Assembly: GCF_009914755.1 (NCBI RefSeq)
Contig: NC_060942.1
Source of the DNA: the human T2T-CHM13v2.0 reference genome, Homo sapiens
DNA: 64,000 nucleotides
Direction: 5' to 3' (one strand)
Shown here: one piece after another, positions 1 through 19,980 of the stretch
Position numbering within the stretch: position 1 is the stretch's first letter
Layout of the letters: every line of letters begins with the position of its first letter
Translations under genes and position numbers: made by a program
The notes under the pieces: generated by a model
Told to the model about the DNA's origin: nothing
Seen by the model: only the letters and a program-made list of their open reading frames with translations
Database searches by the model: none

Positions 1-189
1 TTGTGTTTGTTTCCTCCTGGTTATTTGTAGCTTTTCGTGTCAAATTTAAGACACTGTTGCCAAATCCGTAGTCACGAAGCTTGTCCCTTATGTTTTTCTT
101 CTAGGAGATTTATAGTTTTAGTTGTTAAATTGAAGTCTTTGATCTGATTTAATTTTTGTATATGGTATGAAGTGAAGGTCTGAATTCCT

Positions 190-510
<321 letters not shown>

Positions 511-1276
511 TTTGAATTCAGTTTTTAACCTTTGTATATCCACTTCGGCTAGAACTGTTTATTGCCTCATTGAATGGTACTGGCATTCTTGTTAAAAATC
601 AATGGATGATAAATATATGTGTTTACTTCTGAACTCTCACTAGTGTCTCTGTCCTTTTGCCAATATCATACTGTTTTGATGTGTCAATGATACTTTATGT
701 CAAGACACATTAAAATGGATAGATAGCCATTAGAATTAGTTATTTGTGTATCACTTAACGTCACCTCACAAATTGTTGGTGGTACATGTCATATTTAGAA
801 GACATTGCACATTTTTAGGAAATACATACCTTTGCATTGTTGGGCAGCAAACTAGGCTCAAATACTCATCATCACATTTATCAGCTTGAAAATGCTTGGC
901 AGAGAACATTCAGTGGAGGGGTTAAAACATATGGAGTGAAGTACATTGATCTTGGGCACAGAAGTCAGAAAGAGACAACTGTCTTTATTGTGTTAATTTT
1001 CATAAAGTTACTATTTAGGAGAACAACCAGTCTTTCTATCCCATGACTAAGACAAAGGGCCTTATCAGCTTTAGGGAGATTATGGTTAAGTAAACATTAG
1101 AGCTTTTTACTGTAGAAAATAATGCATAGTGCATGTAAACCTTTAATGCCTTTATCTCTCAGAGACTTCACTGTGGTGGGAGGAGTGCTGTGACCTGTGG
1201 AAAGTCGTGGAAATTTCAGGGATTGCAGTCGTGATGGCTGTGATTCCAGATGGAGTCATAGTTTACAGTGTAGTGC

Positions 1277-1438
1277 AGGAGTTGGCAAGTATTCTTTATG
1301 TCAAGGGTCAGGTGGTAAATGTTTTAGGCTTTGTAGGTTGTACGGCCTCTGTCGTGACTACTCAGATCTGCTATATGCCTGAGTTTCAGCAAACCTTTGT
1401 GTACCAAAAAAGGCTAGGCCACAGTTACTTGACCCCCA
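1277..1438. mobile_element. MER58A-like hAT DNA transposon remnant
   Basis: caggagttggcaa...aagggtcaggtggtaaatgttttaggctttg...ttgacccc resembles MER58 termini and core. Confidence 0.65.
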
Positions 1439-2982
1439 ATCTAGAGGAAAAGACAGGAAGAGAAAAGAAAGTTATGTATTATAGCACTTTACTTTTGAGT
1501 AAACTATATTGATATATAACACACAGAGAAGAACAGAAATTGTGGTTGGCTCAATGAATTTTTCTCCAAGAGAACTCACTTATGTAGTCAGCACCTAGAT
1601 TAAGAAAGAAGACATTAAGTGGCACCCTAAGAAATCTTCACTGTGCTCCATCCCAGTAAGGACCCTCCTTGTTGCGACTAGCCACTTTGCTGATTTCTAA
1701 CAACGTAGGTTAGTTTTGCCTATTTGTTTAACTTTTTAAATAAAATGAAACCATACAGATTGTTTTCTTACGTCTGGCTTCTTTTGGTAAAAATGTGAGA
1801 TTTGTCCGTGTTTTTATGTAGAGCAGAAGTTTGCTCATTCTCACTGTTTGATAGTATTCCATCATAAAATCTCCTCCAACATATTTGCCCCTTCTGTTGT
1901 TGGAGGGCATCTGTGTTGCTTTTTGTTGCTGCTGTTGTAAATTGTGCTACTGTGAATGTTTAAACATGGCGTTTGGGTGCACATACGTACACATTTCTGT
2001 TGGAGATGTACCTAGGAGTGGAACTGCTGGATTATAAGTTATGCATGTATTTAGCTTTAGTTGATGCTGCTAAATAGCTTTCAAGAGTGGCTATAGCAAT
2101 TTTCATGCCCTCTGGCAATATATGAGATTTCCAGTTACTTTCTTTTCTCATCAATCTGTGGTATTGTCTGTCTTTTTAGTTGTAGCCATCTGATGGGTGT
2201 GCATCTTAAAAAGTATTTTAAAAGTTATTTCATATTTATTATATAACTTGGATCTTAACAACCCTGTGAGTAGGTAGGACAGAAATCATTATCTTTATCT
2301 TTGGGTGAAGAATCAGGCTGAGAGAGTTTATTTGGCTTGCTGGAGACTCACAGCTCTTGGCAGGAATGAGACTCACCCTCAAGTCGTCTGACTCCAAGTG
2401 CTGTATTTATCAGTGTCTTCCCAGTCTCTGCTGTGTATCTGTATTTTGATATACAGATATCCACCTTTCAAGATGCATGTTTTATTGAACATGGGGACAG
2501 AATCTCAGAATGGGCTCTCCACAGTTCTCTGTGGCGCTCTTTAGCTCTATTTATCTAAAAGTTAATATGTGTGTTGTTTTGATGTTCACACAAATTGTAT
2601 GTTTGTAGAGGTGAAAACAGAATAATGGCAGCAAACAAAACAAGAAATTATGCTATATATAGAAAATTAGTTTTTTGCACTGTCAATGGAAGCACTCTAC
2701 TTTGCAATATGCTGCTGGATCATTTTCAGAAAGGCCCTGTTACTTTCAGATCCTGAGCCTAGAATTCTTAGAGTTCTGGTTAAAGGTAAGGCTATAGACA
2801 CTTGAGGTGTTATTTTGTTATAATTTAATATGCTGTGGTTTTTTTAAATTTGGGTAATGTGTGTGTAGTGCATGAATATACATTTACCCAAGTTTACAGT
2901 CTTTCTTTAGAAATACAAATTTACAGGTAGTAAAGCAAGTATTTCAAAGGGGGTCGATGTTTCTTTAAAAAATGAGGGAGAC

Positions 2983-3282
<300 letters not shown>

Positions 3283-3393
3283 AGGGAGACGTTAATAACA
3301 TTAAGCATGAAAAGAAAGAGTTTACACGAATACAACGAATACATACAGATACTGACAAAATTAGCATTGAAAGAACACCTGGGTAAAGGTGAA

Positions 3394-4136
<743 letters not shown>

Positions 4137-4428
4137 AGGTGAATCTGTTCTTGGAAAACAGTCTGCTGTGATAATATGAGCGAACCGACACTATTAAGGA
4201 CCACTTAATGAGTTTCTGAACAGATATTTATCATGTCACAGTTTATTTCATACATTTATTATGGCAAATACCAAAGTTTTGGAATATAATTGTTTCATTG
4301 GAACTACTCATGCCTTTGATAATTGGGTACTTTGGCTTGGCTCCTAATTGAATCAACAGTCTTAGGCTTACATATTAGTATACATTGTTGTTGATAAAAT
4401 CCAAATTTGTCTGTCGTTTTTACACTAG

Positions 4429-4762
<334 letters not shown>

Positions 4763-5122
4763 CCAGCAACTGGTGTCTTATCTCAGAAGCCATTATCTTA
4801 AGAGGAGTGGAAGCAAAATTAATTAGGAGAGTATCCTGGATTATTAATTGAAAATTATTACTAGCTATGCCACTGGTTTAATTATGTGATTTTTACTAAG
4901 TGGCTTAATTTCTCTGGATGTTAGTTTTCTTATCCACAAGGGCATTGATAATATGACTGGCCTTCCCCCCACCCCCCATAAAGATTATTTATTTTATGTT
5001 TAATTCTTTTTTGTTAATACGTTATCACCATTCAACCTTCACCCGTGATAATTATGTACCTCTCCTTTACCAGCCCCCATTCCCAGTCAGATAGTTGCCT
5101 TTTTCACAGGGAACCAATGCTA

Positions 5123-5626
<504 letters not shown>

Positions 5627-6253
5627 TTATGAGTAAATACATTTGAATAGATAATTGGTAAAATTCAGAAAGGGCAGGAGTCTTCTCTGGCTCTCCCAAC
5701 TTCTCAGTGCAGGTGCTTTTGAGTGACAGGTGAGAGCTCCTTCTTGGAAGAAAGCAGGTGCCTGTGGCTGGTGCTGTTACCCAGTCCGAGCATTTGGCTT
5801 TCTGAGGGACTCTGCAAAGAAAATAATGCAGACTTATTTCAGCTGGCTCCTGGGAACAACCACATGGCCCAGGTATGTGTGTATAAAATAAGAATAGTCA
5901 AAGGGTACTTAACAAGCTGGAAAAAGATTAAATCTAACGTAGGCAGTTTTGAGGTGGAGAGCATGAGCCGGTGAGGCTGAAATGTGGGAATCAGATAAAC
6001 TGGTTTTGGGAGCTTCAGACAACTGGGAAGAGGTTAAAAAAAAAAGCTATTAGGGCCTATCTATTTCCAAATATTTAATGTGTATTTGTTAGGTACACAT
6101 TACATGCCAGGCTTTGTGAAGCAAAAAGGGCTCCAGGATCCAGACACTTCAGAGTTTCACCTGATAAAGTCCAGCTGTGTTAAAACCTGAACGCTGACAA
6201 ATGTGGCAGGAGCAGTAGAAACAGGGAAGAAAGTAGAAGGGAGTTTTAAATAA

Positions 6254-7129
<876 letters not shown>

Positions 7130-8336
7130 TCAGGATGAGAGGGTGGGAGCAGTGTGGGTGCCTGGCCAGGGGGCTGTTGTCTTAGAGGAATAGGGGGTGA
7201 CAGAGTAGGGTTCTGAGGGTGGTGCACACTGACAGCAGAGTGAGGAAGATCAACCATATGTTAGAACGATTTTTATTCAAAATGTAAAAACAAAAACATA
7301 AAAAGCTTGGGGGTTAGGTCAGTTATTTTAGAAAGTACTCAGAAGCTGAAACTGTTATATCTCTCATTTTAATATGAAATACATCATTAAGATTTATGGA
7401 TAACTGAGATTTTAAATGCACACTGCTTACGAGTTTGTCATAAGAGGCCAATTTGAGTTAAATCCATGGAATGCTATAAATGCAATAAGTTTTGTTGGAA
7501 CTCGGCATCCAGTAGACATTTTGTATAAATCAATGTAGGGTCTCTAGGTGGGGAATAAAAGACCTTTGCCATTAAGATTTAGCTGGTTAGCCTGATTGCT
7601 GGGCCTGATCGGGGAAGAAGAGCCATTTTTAAGATAGCTTATCTGGTGCCAAGTCATGACAGACCAGGCCTGAATACAGTCATGGAATAGCAGGATTATG
7701 GAGTGATGGGTAGGGCATTGAATAAAGAGATGGCCGTGGTCCTAAGTTATTGGCAGGCCCTTGTCCTAGTAGCTACAGGAAACATTGTCTTATTTATTCC
7801 GCACAACTGTGAGATAGGCTTTCTTATTTTTGGGGTGGTAAACAGCTATTATTCTATTTAGAATATTTATGTAAAGCCTTAAACTGATTTTGAAACTAGT
7901 CTCTACTTAAGGCAAACAAAGCTGCTCATTTTCTGATCATTGTGCAATCAGTTTTTGTTTAATTTTGATAGTTTAAAGTTCTTGGTAGCAGAAAGGGTGA
8001 ATAATTAAAGCAAACAGTGGTCATATTTTTATGTGTGAGGTGGCTGTGTGGGTAAACTGCCTTGGAATTCTACATATGCACCCCCTGTGTATAGTGAACT
8101 CTTACAGTGACCTACCCTCTGTCTTCTTAGGGGGCAGAAACAGGTAGCTGAAAAGTACTGTTCTAGATCTTAGATTTGATAACAGTTAAACGCAGGCAGC
8201 TTTGTGCATATTTTGGTATGTGTGTTTGTGCATGAGTGGCAGAGAATACCTATTCTGACTTGGGAGGCATTAGGAATGTCTGCTGCTAAAAACCTCAAGT
8301 CCTTCTTTTAGCTGTCTTTAAAAAAAATGCAGCTGG

Positions 8337-8630
<294 letters not shown>

Positions 8631-9547
8631 ATTAGCTGTCCCCCAGAAGGCCATCCCATGAAGAGGCGGTCATTCATTTGATCACATGTTTCTTTGATCA
8701 CTGGTCCCCTAATGGATTTGATGACCTCTGTGGCTGCAGAGACCCCTGCACAATGGAGGTGTGTGGAGACGTGTGCATATGTGCAGGTGTGGGTATGCTG
8801 TTCCAGCAGGGTCCACAGTCTCCTGCAGCCTAGCTGGGGCTCCTTTCAGTTAAAAGCCCTTATCTAAGGATGCATTAATTAAGGACTGTCTCTTTTTAAA
8901 AAATAGAGACAGTCTCGCTATATTGCCCAGACTGGTCTCAAACTACTGGCCTCAAGCAGTTCTTCTGCCTCCACCTTCCAAAGTGCTGGCATTACAGACA
9001 TGAGCCACCATGCCCAGCCAGGATGCATTAATTTGATAGACCTCGTTCTGAACAACAGATACTCTGGGGACCAGAAATTTGAATGAACTTGAAGGCATGA
9101 TGGACCAAAGGTGTTATTTGAGGCCTGGGACACTGCCCAGAAAGGGCTGACTTTGAGCAGAAGGAAAGCAAGCGAAGTGGGGGCAGTGGAGGCCACCACG
9201 TCCTGGCAGGAAGGTGTCAGGGTGGAAGGTGCTTCCACAGAGCGAAGGGAACTGGCTCCCTGTACAAAGGTGTGCCCCTAGGTAGAGCAAGAGTCTAGAC
9301 CGCCATTGGGTTTCAAAATTATGCTCAGTGTGGAAACTAAACCATGTTGTTGTTTTTAAACAATTTTCCAGTCATACTTTAATTTGAATTACTGTTTTAA
9401 GTTTGTGTCTGAACCAAATTAATTCTGTGTTATATCACTGTTTGGAAGAAGAGACTTACCGAAATAATTATTATTTTTTGAGTTTGTTAACGTGCAGAGT
9501 CTTGCTTCTTAAGATAACTCTTTTTCTGGAAAATTCTTAATTCATAA

Positions 9548-9888
<341 letters not shown>

Positions 9889-10138
9889 TAGTCCGTATCT
9901 CCTAGGGTTTTATCTATCAATTTCAGTTAATTCCTTCTCATTTTTGGGCAACATATTAAGTAGTTTCAACATAGAGGCTGTGAAAATTGTTTTATCATCC
10001 TGAGATAGCTTTTTAATTTTGCATTTCAGAAATTAAGTTGAGCTCTTTTATTAATGTACTCAGCCTTTAGGTTAAAACACTTGTAACTGTGTTCTGAAAA
10101 CCCAATTTTCAACAGACATTTTATTTGTCTCTTCCTAA

Positions 10139-10543
<405 letters not shown>

Positions 10544-11439
10544 CCAGCAATCATTTGATTTGGGCCTGGGAAGTCATAAAACATTTGCTGTTAGTTTTAG
10601 TGTAGAAATTTTGGAAGTATGGTCTTTGAACAGGATGTGAATATAGTTAAGAATAAATAGAATAAAAATTATGCATATCTTTTTCTTAGTAGACTCACTT
10701 TTTATGTATGAAGTTGCAGTCTTTTGAATTGCATTGTATTTCTTGAAGCCGGAATTTGCCTTTTCTCAAGGTTCTGCGGAATAATGTTTGCAGCTGTTGC
10801 TGACTTCCTCCACCCTGTCTCTGTGCCCCTCCCATGTGGGCTTCACCTACCTCCTGTCTTTTGGAATCTCCAGGTCCTTGCTACAAGGCAGATTCAACTT
10901 TCAGCCAGGAGACTTTTGGCAGAAATGGGAACTGCAGGCTGTTTTCTCAAAACAAAGATTTCAAGGTCTATAGAACATTTCAAGTGCCTGTGTTTATCAC
11001 ACAAACTCTTGAGAACAAGGGGCTTTCTTGAGCTACTTGGTTCTTCAGCTTACCCTGTACTCTACTCCCAAGTTTCTGAAGTCTAATATTTTTGGATCAA
11101 ATTTGATACAAATAGCTGTGTGTAACATATTTCTGGTCTTCACATAGCAAAGTATATTACGTATTTATGTCCAAATTATAACACTTGAAGTATATTTATT
11201 TTTAAAAATTGTAGAGATTTAGGGCATCTTTATTTTACGGCATTTTTGACAAGTTTTGTGATTATTCTGTGATATGTTATTTGTCATATATAGTCTTATT
11301 TGAAAATACTTTTAAGTTAAAAGCACTTTACCTGGGTGGGTTTATAGAAGCTCTTTGTAAAAATTGAGGATTGTCTGAGGCATTGCAGTCTTGTCTTCCT
11401 GAACCTCCTAAGCCATGTCTATATATGAGAGAGCAAAGG

Positions 11440-11725
<286 letters not shown>

Positions 11726-12293
11726 AGTTTTTCTTTTTTACTTAATCTTGTTTTGCAGCAGTTTTGAGACATTGAGTTTGTGAATTAGCATTTAAAGGCT
11801 TTAATATTTCTACTAGAGTTTTGTTTACTGAGTGGTTTAAGATACTGGAGTTTTGTTTACTGAGTGATTTAAGAAACAATGTGGATTATTGATGAAATCT
11901 TAAAGTGATTTGGAGGTGAAATGCGTCAGTGGTTTGTAGTGACTTTGAAACACTATACAGTAGGTTCACATGGTTTAAGAAGCATCATTATGGCTTTTGT
12001 GTGTTTTGGTGTGTGTGGCTGTGAAGCCTCAGGAATTTAGTTTAAGCTTCTGAAAAGCCCACCAATATGTATTTAGAATTCTGTTGTCCCATATCTTAGT
12101 CATCTCAATGTTTCTCATTTCTAACTTTAAAACATGTCAATTAAAAAAATTCAGTATATCATTAATTTCGTCTAAAATGTCACATAAATCTCTGACATAA
12201 TTTGGTTTTTAAACAATAACCAATAATTTGGTTTTATTTATGTGATGAGAATAACAACTGGTATTTATTGTCTATACTTATGCAATTTTATAG

Positions 12294-12436
12294 ATGGAGT
12301 TTTAACATTGAATGCGGAGAACACTAATTATGCCTATCAAGTTCCAAACTTCCATAAATGTGAAATCTGTCTACTATCTTTTCCAAAAGAATCCCAGTTT
12401 CAACGCCACATGAGGGATCACGAGCGAAATGACAAG
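12294..12436 (+). CDS. ZNF236: ZNF236 coding exon A (first coding exon in window; ZF1)
   Basis: tttatag|ATGGAG...GACAAG|gtatgt; 143 nt, phase 1 to 0; (D)[47 protein letters not shown], recognised as the ZNF236 N-terminal region. Confidence 0.96.
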
Positions 12437-13375
12437 GTATGTATTTTCAAAGGTGATGTCAGGAATGTGAGCGTTGAAACTGGAGGTATTGTAAAAATGA
12501 ACAAGTAAAATCAAAACTTTTAATTTAGGTTCCTAAATAGTAGAACATTTTATATTCTACAAATAAATATTTTGGCCTTTTTAAAAGTTGTAGTTGTATT
12601 CCTAGCTATTATTTGATAAGGCGAGAGAGTGAGAGCTTGTCCTGGTGAATTTGTATATTGAAGTTACTTATTTGTGGACAAATAATTGTTTAAAAAATAT
12701 GACTTTTTAAAAGTAGTTTCAATTTCCTGTATGACTGAACACAGAAGTGGTGTGTTTTGAAGTATTTTTCTCCAGTGGGGAGTTTTATCTTTAAGTGATC
12801 TTGCATTTAAAAATGGTATTCTAGATGTTTTAGGTTGTGTTTCAGGAGGGAGCAAATATTACATACTATCTTAAATAGAAATTTGCACTCTTTTTTGCAG
12901 TACCTCTTGTGGGATCTGTCAAGAATTTTAGTGCCTTAATGGAATGATTTTCCTGATAGATGGAAAGTGACAGTTAAAACTATAATTAAAAAAGTGATTG
13001 TCAACTTTTCTCTAGGTAGGAGCATGTAAGCTAGTGAGCCATTTGAGACTGGAAAAACACCATGGACCTCCTTTAGAGAACAGGATGTGACCATCTCAGG
13101 CTTGACTTTCAGCACAAATGGTGCTGCTGTAGCTATGATAATATAATATAAATATAATATACCAGTATGCACCAGTATTATTTTCTCAGGTTCGACAATC
13201 TGAAGATACTGACTTATTCCTCATTAGGATCTTGTTACTTCAGAGATAAATACCAGTGATTATCTTTTTACAAGTGAATAGCAGAATACCTTCCATTATG
13301 GGAAAATCTTAGACCTAGATAAGCAAACTCTGTTAAAATCTAGTAAAATTTTTTATGATTATTTTACCTGAAGTG

Positions 13376-13671
13376 TTTTTGTTTTTTTTTTGAGATGGAG
13401 TTTCACTCTGTTGCCCAGCCTGGAGAGTGGCACCATCTTGGCTCACTGCAACCTCCTTCTCCCAGGTTCAAGCGAATCTCATGCCTCAGCTTCCCGAGTA
13501 GCTGGGATTACAGGCATGCACCACCATGCCTGGCTCATTTTTATGGTTTTAGTAGAGATGGGCTTTCGCCATGTTGGCCAGGCTGGTCTCGAACTCCTGA
13601 CCTCAGGGTGATCCGCCTGCCTCAGCCTCCCAAAGTGCTGGGATTACAGGTGTGAGCCACCACCCCCGGCC
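13376..13671 (-). mobile_element. AluS
   Basis: Full dimer. Confidence 0.92.
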
Positions 13672-13887
13672 TGCTTGAAGTGATTTTGTTTATAATGATG
13701 GATTTGGTCAGAAATAGAAGGGAAAAATCCAACTTAATGAGTTGAAATTTTTCAGAGACTACAATCCAATGAATTTATACGCAGCTTTTTCTTTCTTTTT
13801 TTTTTTTTTAAAAAAAGCTTCATCATAAACTCTATTATTTCAATGAATAGAAGAGTTTGACAGAAAATGTTTGGAAGAAAACATTGA

Positions 13888-14238
<351 letters not shown>

Positions 14239-14542
14239 TGAAAGGTGTTTCATTGTCAAACACTTATACTCACTGAAAGAAAACAGCTTATATACAGCAT
14301 TTCTTATTAGAAATATTTCTTTTGTGTATGTATGTGTTTTCATCCTTATAATCCTTTCAGTAATTCTGTCAGGTGCTTTACTGTGTTTATTTTGGATTTA
14401 TTGACTTAAGAGCCAGAGGAGACTTCAGAAGTTTCTGTAGATTGTCTGTACATTATGGTACTTGTTAATATTTTCATTTATTGAACAAGCATCTGTGAAA
14501 AGATTGTATTTCAGTGGCTTCTTCACTTTTCTCTCCAAATAG

Positions 14543-14707
14543 CCACATCGATGTGACCAGTGCCCCCAAACATTTAATGTTGAATTCAACCTGACACTTC
14601 ATAAATGCACCCACAGCGGGGAAGATCCTACCTGCCCTGTGTGTAACAAGAAATTCTCCAGAGTGGCTAGTCTCAAAGCGCATATTATGCTACATGAAAA
14701 GGAAGAG
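14543..14707 (+). CDS. ZNF236: ZNF236 coding exon B (ZF2, ZF3)
   Basis: ctccaaatag|CCACAT...GAAGAG|gtaatc; 165 nt, phase 0-0; [55 protein letters not shown]; absent from the ORF track, translated by hand. Confidence 0.96.
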
Positions 14708-15587
14708 GTAATCATCATCATTTTGCATATACTTTGTTAACTGATTGTTAAAATACATCTGATCATGAGTCAGGAGGATTTTAGATATAAACTTGTTTTG
14801 AAAGCCTTTTGTGTAGATTTCAAGGAGTGAATTGTCATTAGATTTGCCTTGACACCAGTTGACTGATAAGACATTTTATTTTCTGGCCCTGTCAATGCCT
14901 TAGGGTAGAGACATTTTAATGTGTAGTATATTTGAAGGATCAAAGTATATCCACATTGGCTGGCAGAGGCTCCTCCTGGCGCCTCACCCTCCTCTTTGTA
15001 AACAGAAACTAACATTTATACGATTCTGCCATGGCCAAAAGTAACTTTTCTGCTTTGAAGATGGTAGAATCTCCTTGCTTGCTCCTGGGTCCTCTGACTG
15101 TGAGAATCTGAGGGAAGAGAATCATTTCATGATGGCCCAAAGCAGCTTATACACCAAAGTGACCACTCCTGGGAGCTCCACAGGCCCAATGTCTGGGACA
15201 GCTTTGAGGATGACAGGCCACAGTGCTGGGTTGGGGGCTGAATCTAAGGTGCCAATGGCTATTGCTTAAAAAATATGCTCCTCCTTCGTCAGGTGCAGTG
15301 GCTCATGCCTGTTATCCCAGTGTTTGGGAAGCTGAGATAGGAAAATTGCTTGAGGCCAGGAGTTTGAAACCAGCCTGGACAACATAGTGAGACCCCATCT
15401 CTACCAAAAAAAAAAAAGAAAAAGAAAACCTTCTCTGAACTCCCCCTTTGCATTATTACTGTAGAAAATTAGGAAGATACAAAAAGTTAAAGGAGAAAGT
15501 CATCTCTAATTCTGAGATAATTACTGATAACTATTTGGTATATTTTCTTCCGGAGACAGAAGAACACAGTATTGAAATTGCATATTC

Positions 15588-15804
15588 AGACGATCCCTGA
15601 CTGAAGATGGTTTAGACTTAATGTTTTTTGATTTTACAGTGGTGTGAAAGCAAACACATTTCTTAGAAACCTTACTTCTCTTGTGATGTTAGGCAGAGGC
15701 AATGAACTGCAACTCCCTGTCAGCCACACGCTTTTGGCTTGTGATATTTCCAATTCACCATGGGTTTATCAGGATGTAATCCCATTGTAAATCAGGGAGC
15801 ACCT
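15588..15804. mobile_element. MER47/Tigger-like DNA transposon remnant
   Basis: cagacgatccctgact... and ...cccattgtaaatcagggagcacct resemble the terminal inverted repeats. Confidence 0.55.
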
Positions 15805-15831
15805 TTATAAAATTTACATTGTGAAAGCTGA

Positions 15832-16165
<334 letters not shown>

Positions 16166-16324
16166 TGATTTTGGATCCTGTTTTTATCAATGTCTTTACT
16201 ATTTTAAAGTAATTTATTTTTATCTCAACATCTTATAATACAAGTAATGCATATTTATTTTGGAAAAAAATTAGTTATAAAGGTAACATTAAAACCACCC
16301 ATAGTGGACTTTAACAAAGCTGAA

Positions 16325-16985
<661 letters not shown>

Positions 16986-17689
16986 TATAAGAAAGAAAAC
17001 ATACTATGTGGAGAGAATGCATTTGTGGTATTTCAAACTTTTTTCTATACATGCTTTTCTTAATAGTTTATGTTTAAAATAGTTTTTTAAATACAAAAAT
17101 AGGATTATGTCATTATACAGACTACTTTTGTAACCTACCTTTTTCCATAATATATTGTAAATACCTGCTCCCTCTTTTCACTCATCATCAAAGTTATCAC
17201 TCATTATCAAATATTAATATTTTAAATTATTAAAATCTGCAGTATCTCGGGTGGGTGTGGCAGCTCATGCTTGTAATCCGAGCACTTTGGGAGACCGAGG
17301 CACTTGAGCTCAGGAGTTTGAGACTAGCCTGGGCAACATAGACTGTCACTACAAAAAAAAAAAAAGTCTTTGGCATCTGGATTTAGCATAGTAAAATTTA
17401 ATAGTTTTCATCATTGTTTAACATTTACATTGTTTATATTTTTAAATATTGTAAGTAATATATCTTTGCATATGAATCTTCTTATGCATCTTTAATTATT
17501 TCCTTAGGATGGATTCCTACAGTTAGATTAATTGAATTAACAAATAAGACTTTTTTCCCCCAAGTTCTTTATAGAATGCCATATGACATTCTAGAAAGTA
17601 CATGCCAATTTAACACCTTCTCTTGCAGAGTTTAGGAATGCCTGTGTCACTTATCAATAGTGCTATTCAAAAATGGCTATAGTTATATT

Positions 17690-17992
<303 letters not shown>

Positions 17993-18459
17993 AGTTCAAT
18001 TTCTTAAAAGCCGAAAATGTATTAAATAATGGTGTATTAATATATTTTGGAATAAATCCTAGGTGCACACGGTAAGAAATCAAACAATAGAGAAGGCTAT
18101 AGAGAGCAAAAAGTTACGTCTCCTTTGGGTTCCTAAGTTCCAGTTTTGCTCCTCAGAAACAACTTTCATTAGCAGTTTCTTCTGTATCCTTCCAGGGACA
18201 TTCTATGCCTATACACATCTCCTCTGTACCCTTATTAGTCAACCCATAATATTCTGTGCCTTTTCATCAGTTAACTATGTGTCTTAAGTGTAATTCCACA
18301 TCTGTTAATCAGAGAGCTGTCACTTTCTTTTTAACAGGTGCATGGTATTATATTGTTTAAATGTGTATCATAATTAGGAAGTCACTGCTGTTAGGCATAT
18401 AGGTTGTTTCCAGCCTTTTCCAGACAAAGCTATGGTGATCAAATATTTTTGTCGATGTT

Positions 18460-18657
18460 TGAGTTCTCAAGATGGGCAGTGTGGTATCCCAGAGGACATT
18501 TGGTTATCACTGTTGTGGGGCTGGGCGTGGGTGGGGTGCTTCTGTTATCTTGTGAGTAGAGGATGCTGCCGAACACCCTGCAGTGCCCAGCACAGCCTCC
18601 ATTGCTACGAGTGACCTGGCCCAGAACATCAGTAGTGTGAGGTTGAGGAAACCCTGG
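18460..18657. mobile_element. MER20-like DNA transposon
   Basis: ggacatttggttatcac...ggatgctgccgaacaccctgcagtgc...gaggttgaggaaaccctg. Confidence 0.7.
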
Positions 18658-18854
18658 GTTAATAGAAATGTGAGATATATTCCTGCAAATGGAGTTGTTA
18701 GGTCAAAGGATATGTGAATTCAAAATTTTGATATTGTCAAATTGTTTTCCAAAGAGATTTTGTCAGTTTATCCTCCAGCCAATAAATGGTGTGTAAGATT
18801 GCTCATTTCTTCATACCATTTTCTTTCTCTTTAAAAAAATTATTACTTAAAAAA

Positions 18855-19251
18855 AAATAGAAATCAGGTCTCACCATGTTGCCCAGGCTGCTCTTGAACT
18901 CCTGGTCTCAAGTAGTGGTTGGATTATAGGCGTGAGCCACTGTGCCCAGCCCATTTTCTTTTCTTTTTTTTTTTTTGAGACAGAGTTTTGCTCTGTTGCC
19001 CAGGCTAGAGGCACAATCTCAACCCACTGCAACCTCTGCCTCCCGAGTTCAAGCGATTCTCCTGCCTCAGCCTCCTGAGTAGCTGGAATTGTAGGCACCT
19101 GCCACCACGCCTGGCTCATTTTTGTATTTTTAGTAGAGTTGGGGCTTTGCCATGTTGGCCAGGCTGGTCTCAAACTCCTCACCTCAGGTGATCCACCCAC
19201 CTTGGCCTCCCAAAGTGCTGAGATTACAGGCATGAGCCGCTGCACCTGGCC
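18855..19251 (-). mobile_element. Alu fragment plus full AluS
   Basis: Partial left arm 18855-18950, then full dimer. Confidence 0.9.
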
Positions 19252-19796
19252 AGCCATCCCATTTTCAATACTCTGTTGTAAAAGTTGTCTCCTCCAATCT
19301 GGTAATTTAAAGATAGTATGTTTTTGTTTTAATTTATATTTCTTTAATTATGAGTGAAGTTTAGCATCTTTCCATGTTTATTAGCCATGAATAATATTTT
19401 TATTTTAATTAAATAATTTTTTTTTGCAAGGTGGATGTGTGGGGATTATTGGTCTTATTCTTGCAAACTTGTGTAAAGTATTTACATTCCTGGAAAGTTA
19501 GGTTTTTCTGCCTTGTGTGACAAAATTATTTCTTGGTTTCTGGTTTCATTATTTTTCTCTTCCTGGCAGAAATTTTTAAATTGTCATGGACTCAAATTTT
19601 CAGTCTGTTCATTTATGGATTCTGGTTCTTATGGCTTGATTAGAAATGCTTCCCAATTCTAAAATTATTTTCTAAAATATTCCACACGTCTGGAACATCC
19701 CACACTGATCTGCCTGGTACAGATCCTCATACATGCAGAGCAGAACTCGCATGGAAGGGATGCATCCACACTGATGCTGCAGTGTAGCCCATCCCC

Positions 19797-19980
19797 GCAG
19801 GGCCTCCCTGCCTCCCCCTAGTTCCCACGTGGACCACTTCTCTCGCAGGGCTTCCCCATGTCCCCCCAGTTCCTATGTGGGCTCCTTCTCTCGCAGGGCC
19901 TCCCCGCCTCCCCATAATTCCTATGTGGGGTCCTTCTCTCGCAGGGCCTTCCCCCAGTTCCTGTGTGTGCTCCTTCTCTC
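19797..19980. repeat. 48-bp minisatellite, about 3.8 copies, pyrimidine-rich on +
   Basis: GCAGGG anchor recurs at 19797, 19845, 19893, 19941. Confidence 0.85.

Noticed and set aside
12294-12305. ATG at the first base of exon A as the start codon
   Set aside because: Out of frame (ATG GAG TTT TAA); the true frame enters in phase 1 from an exon upstream of the window.
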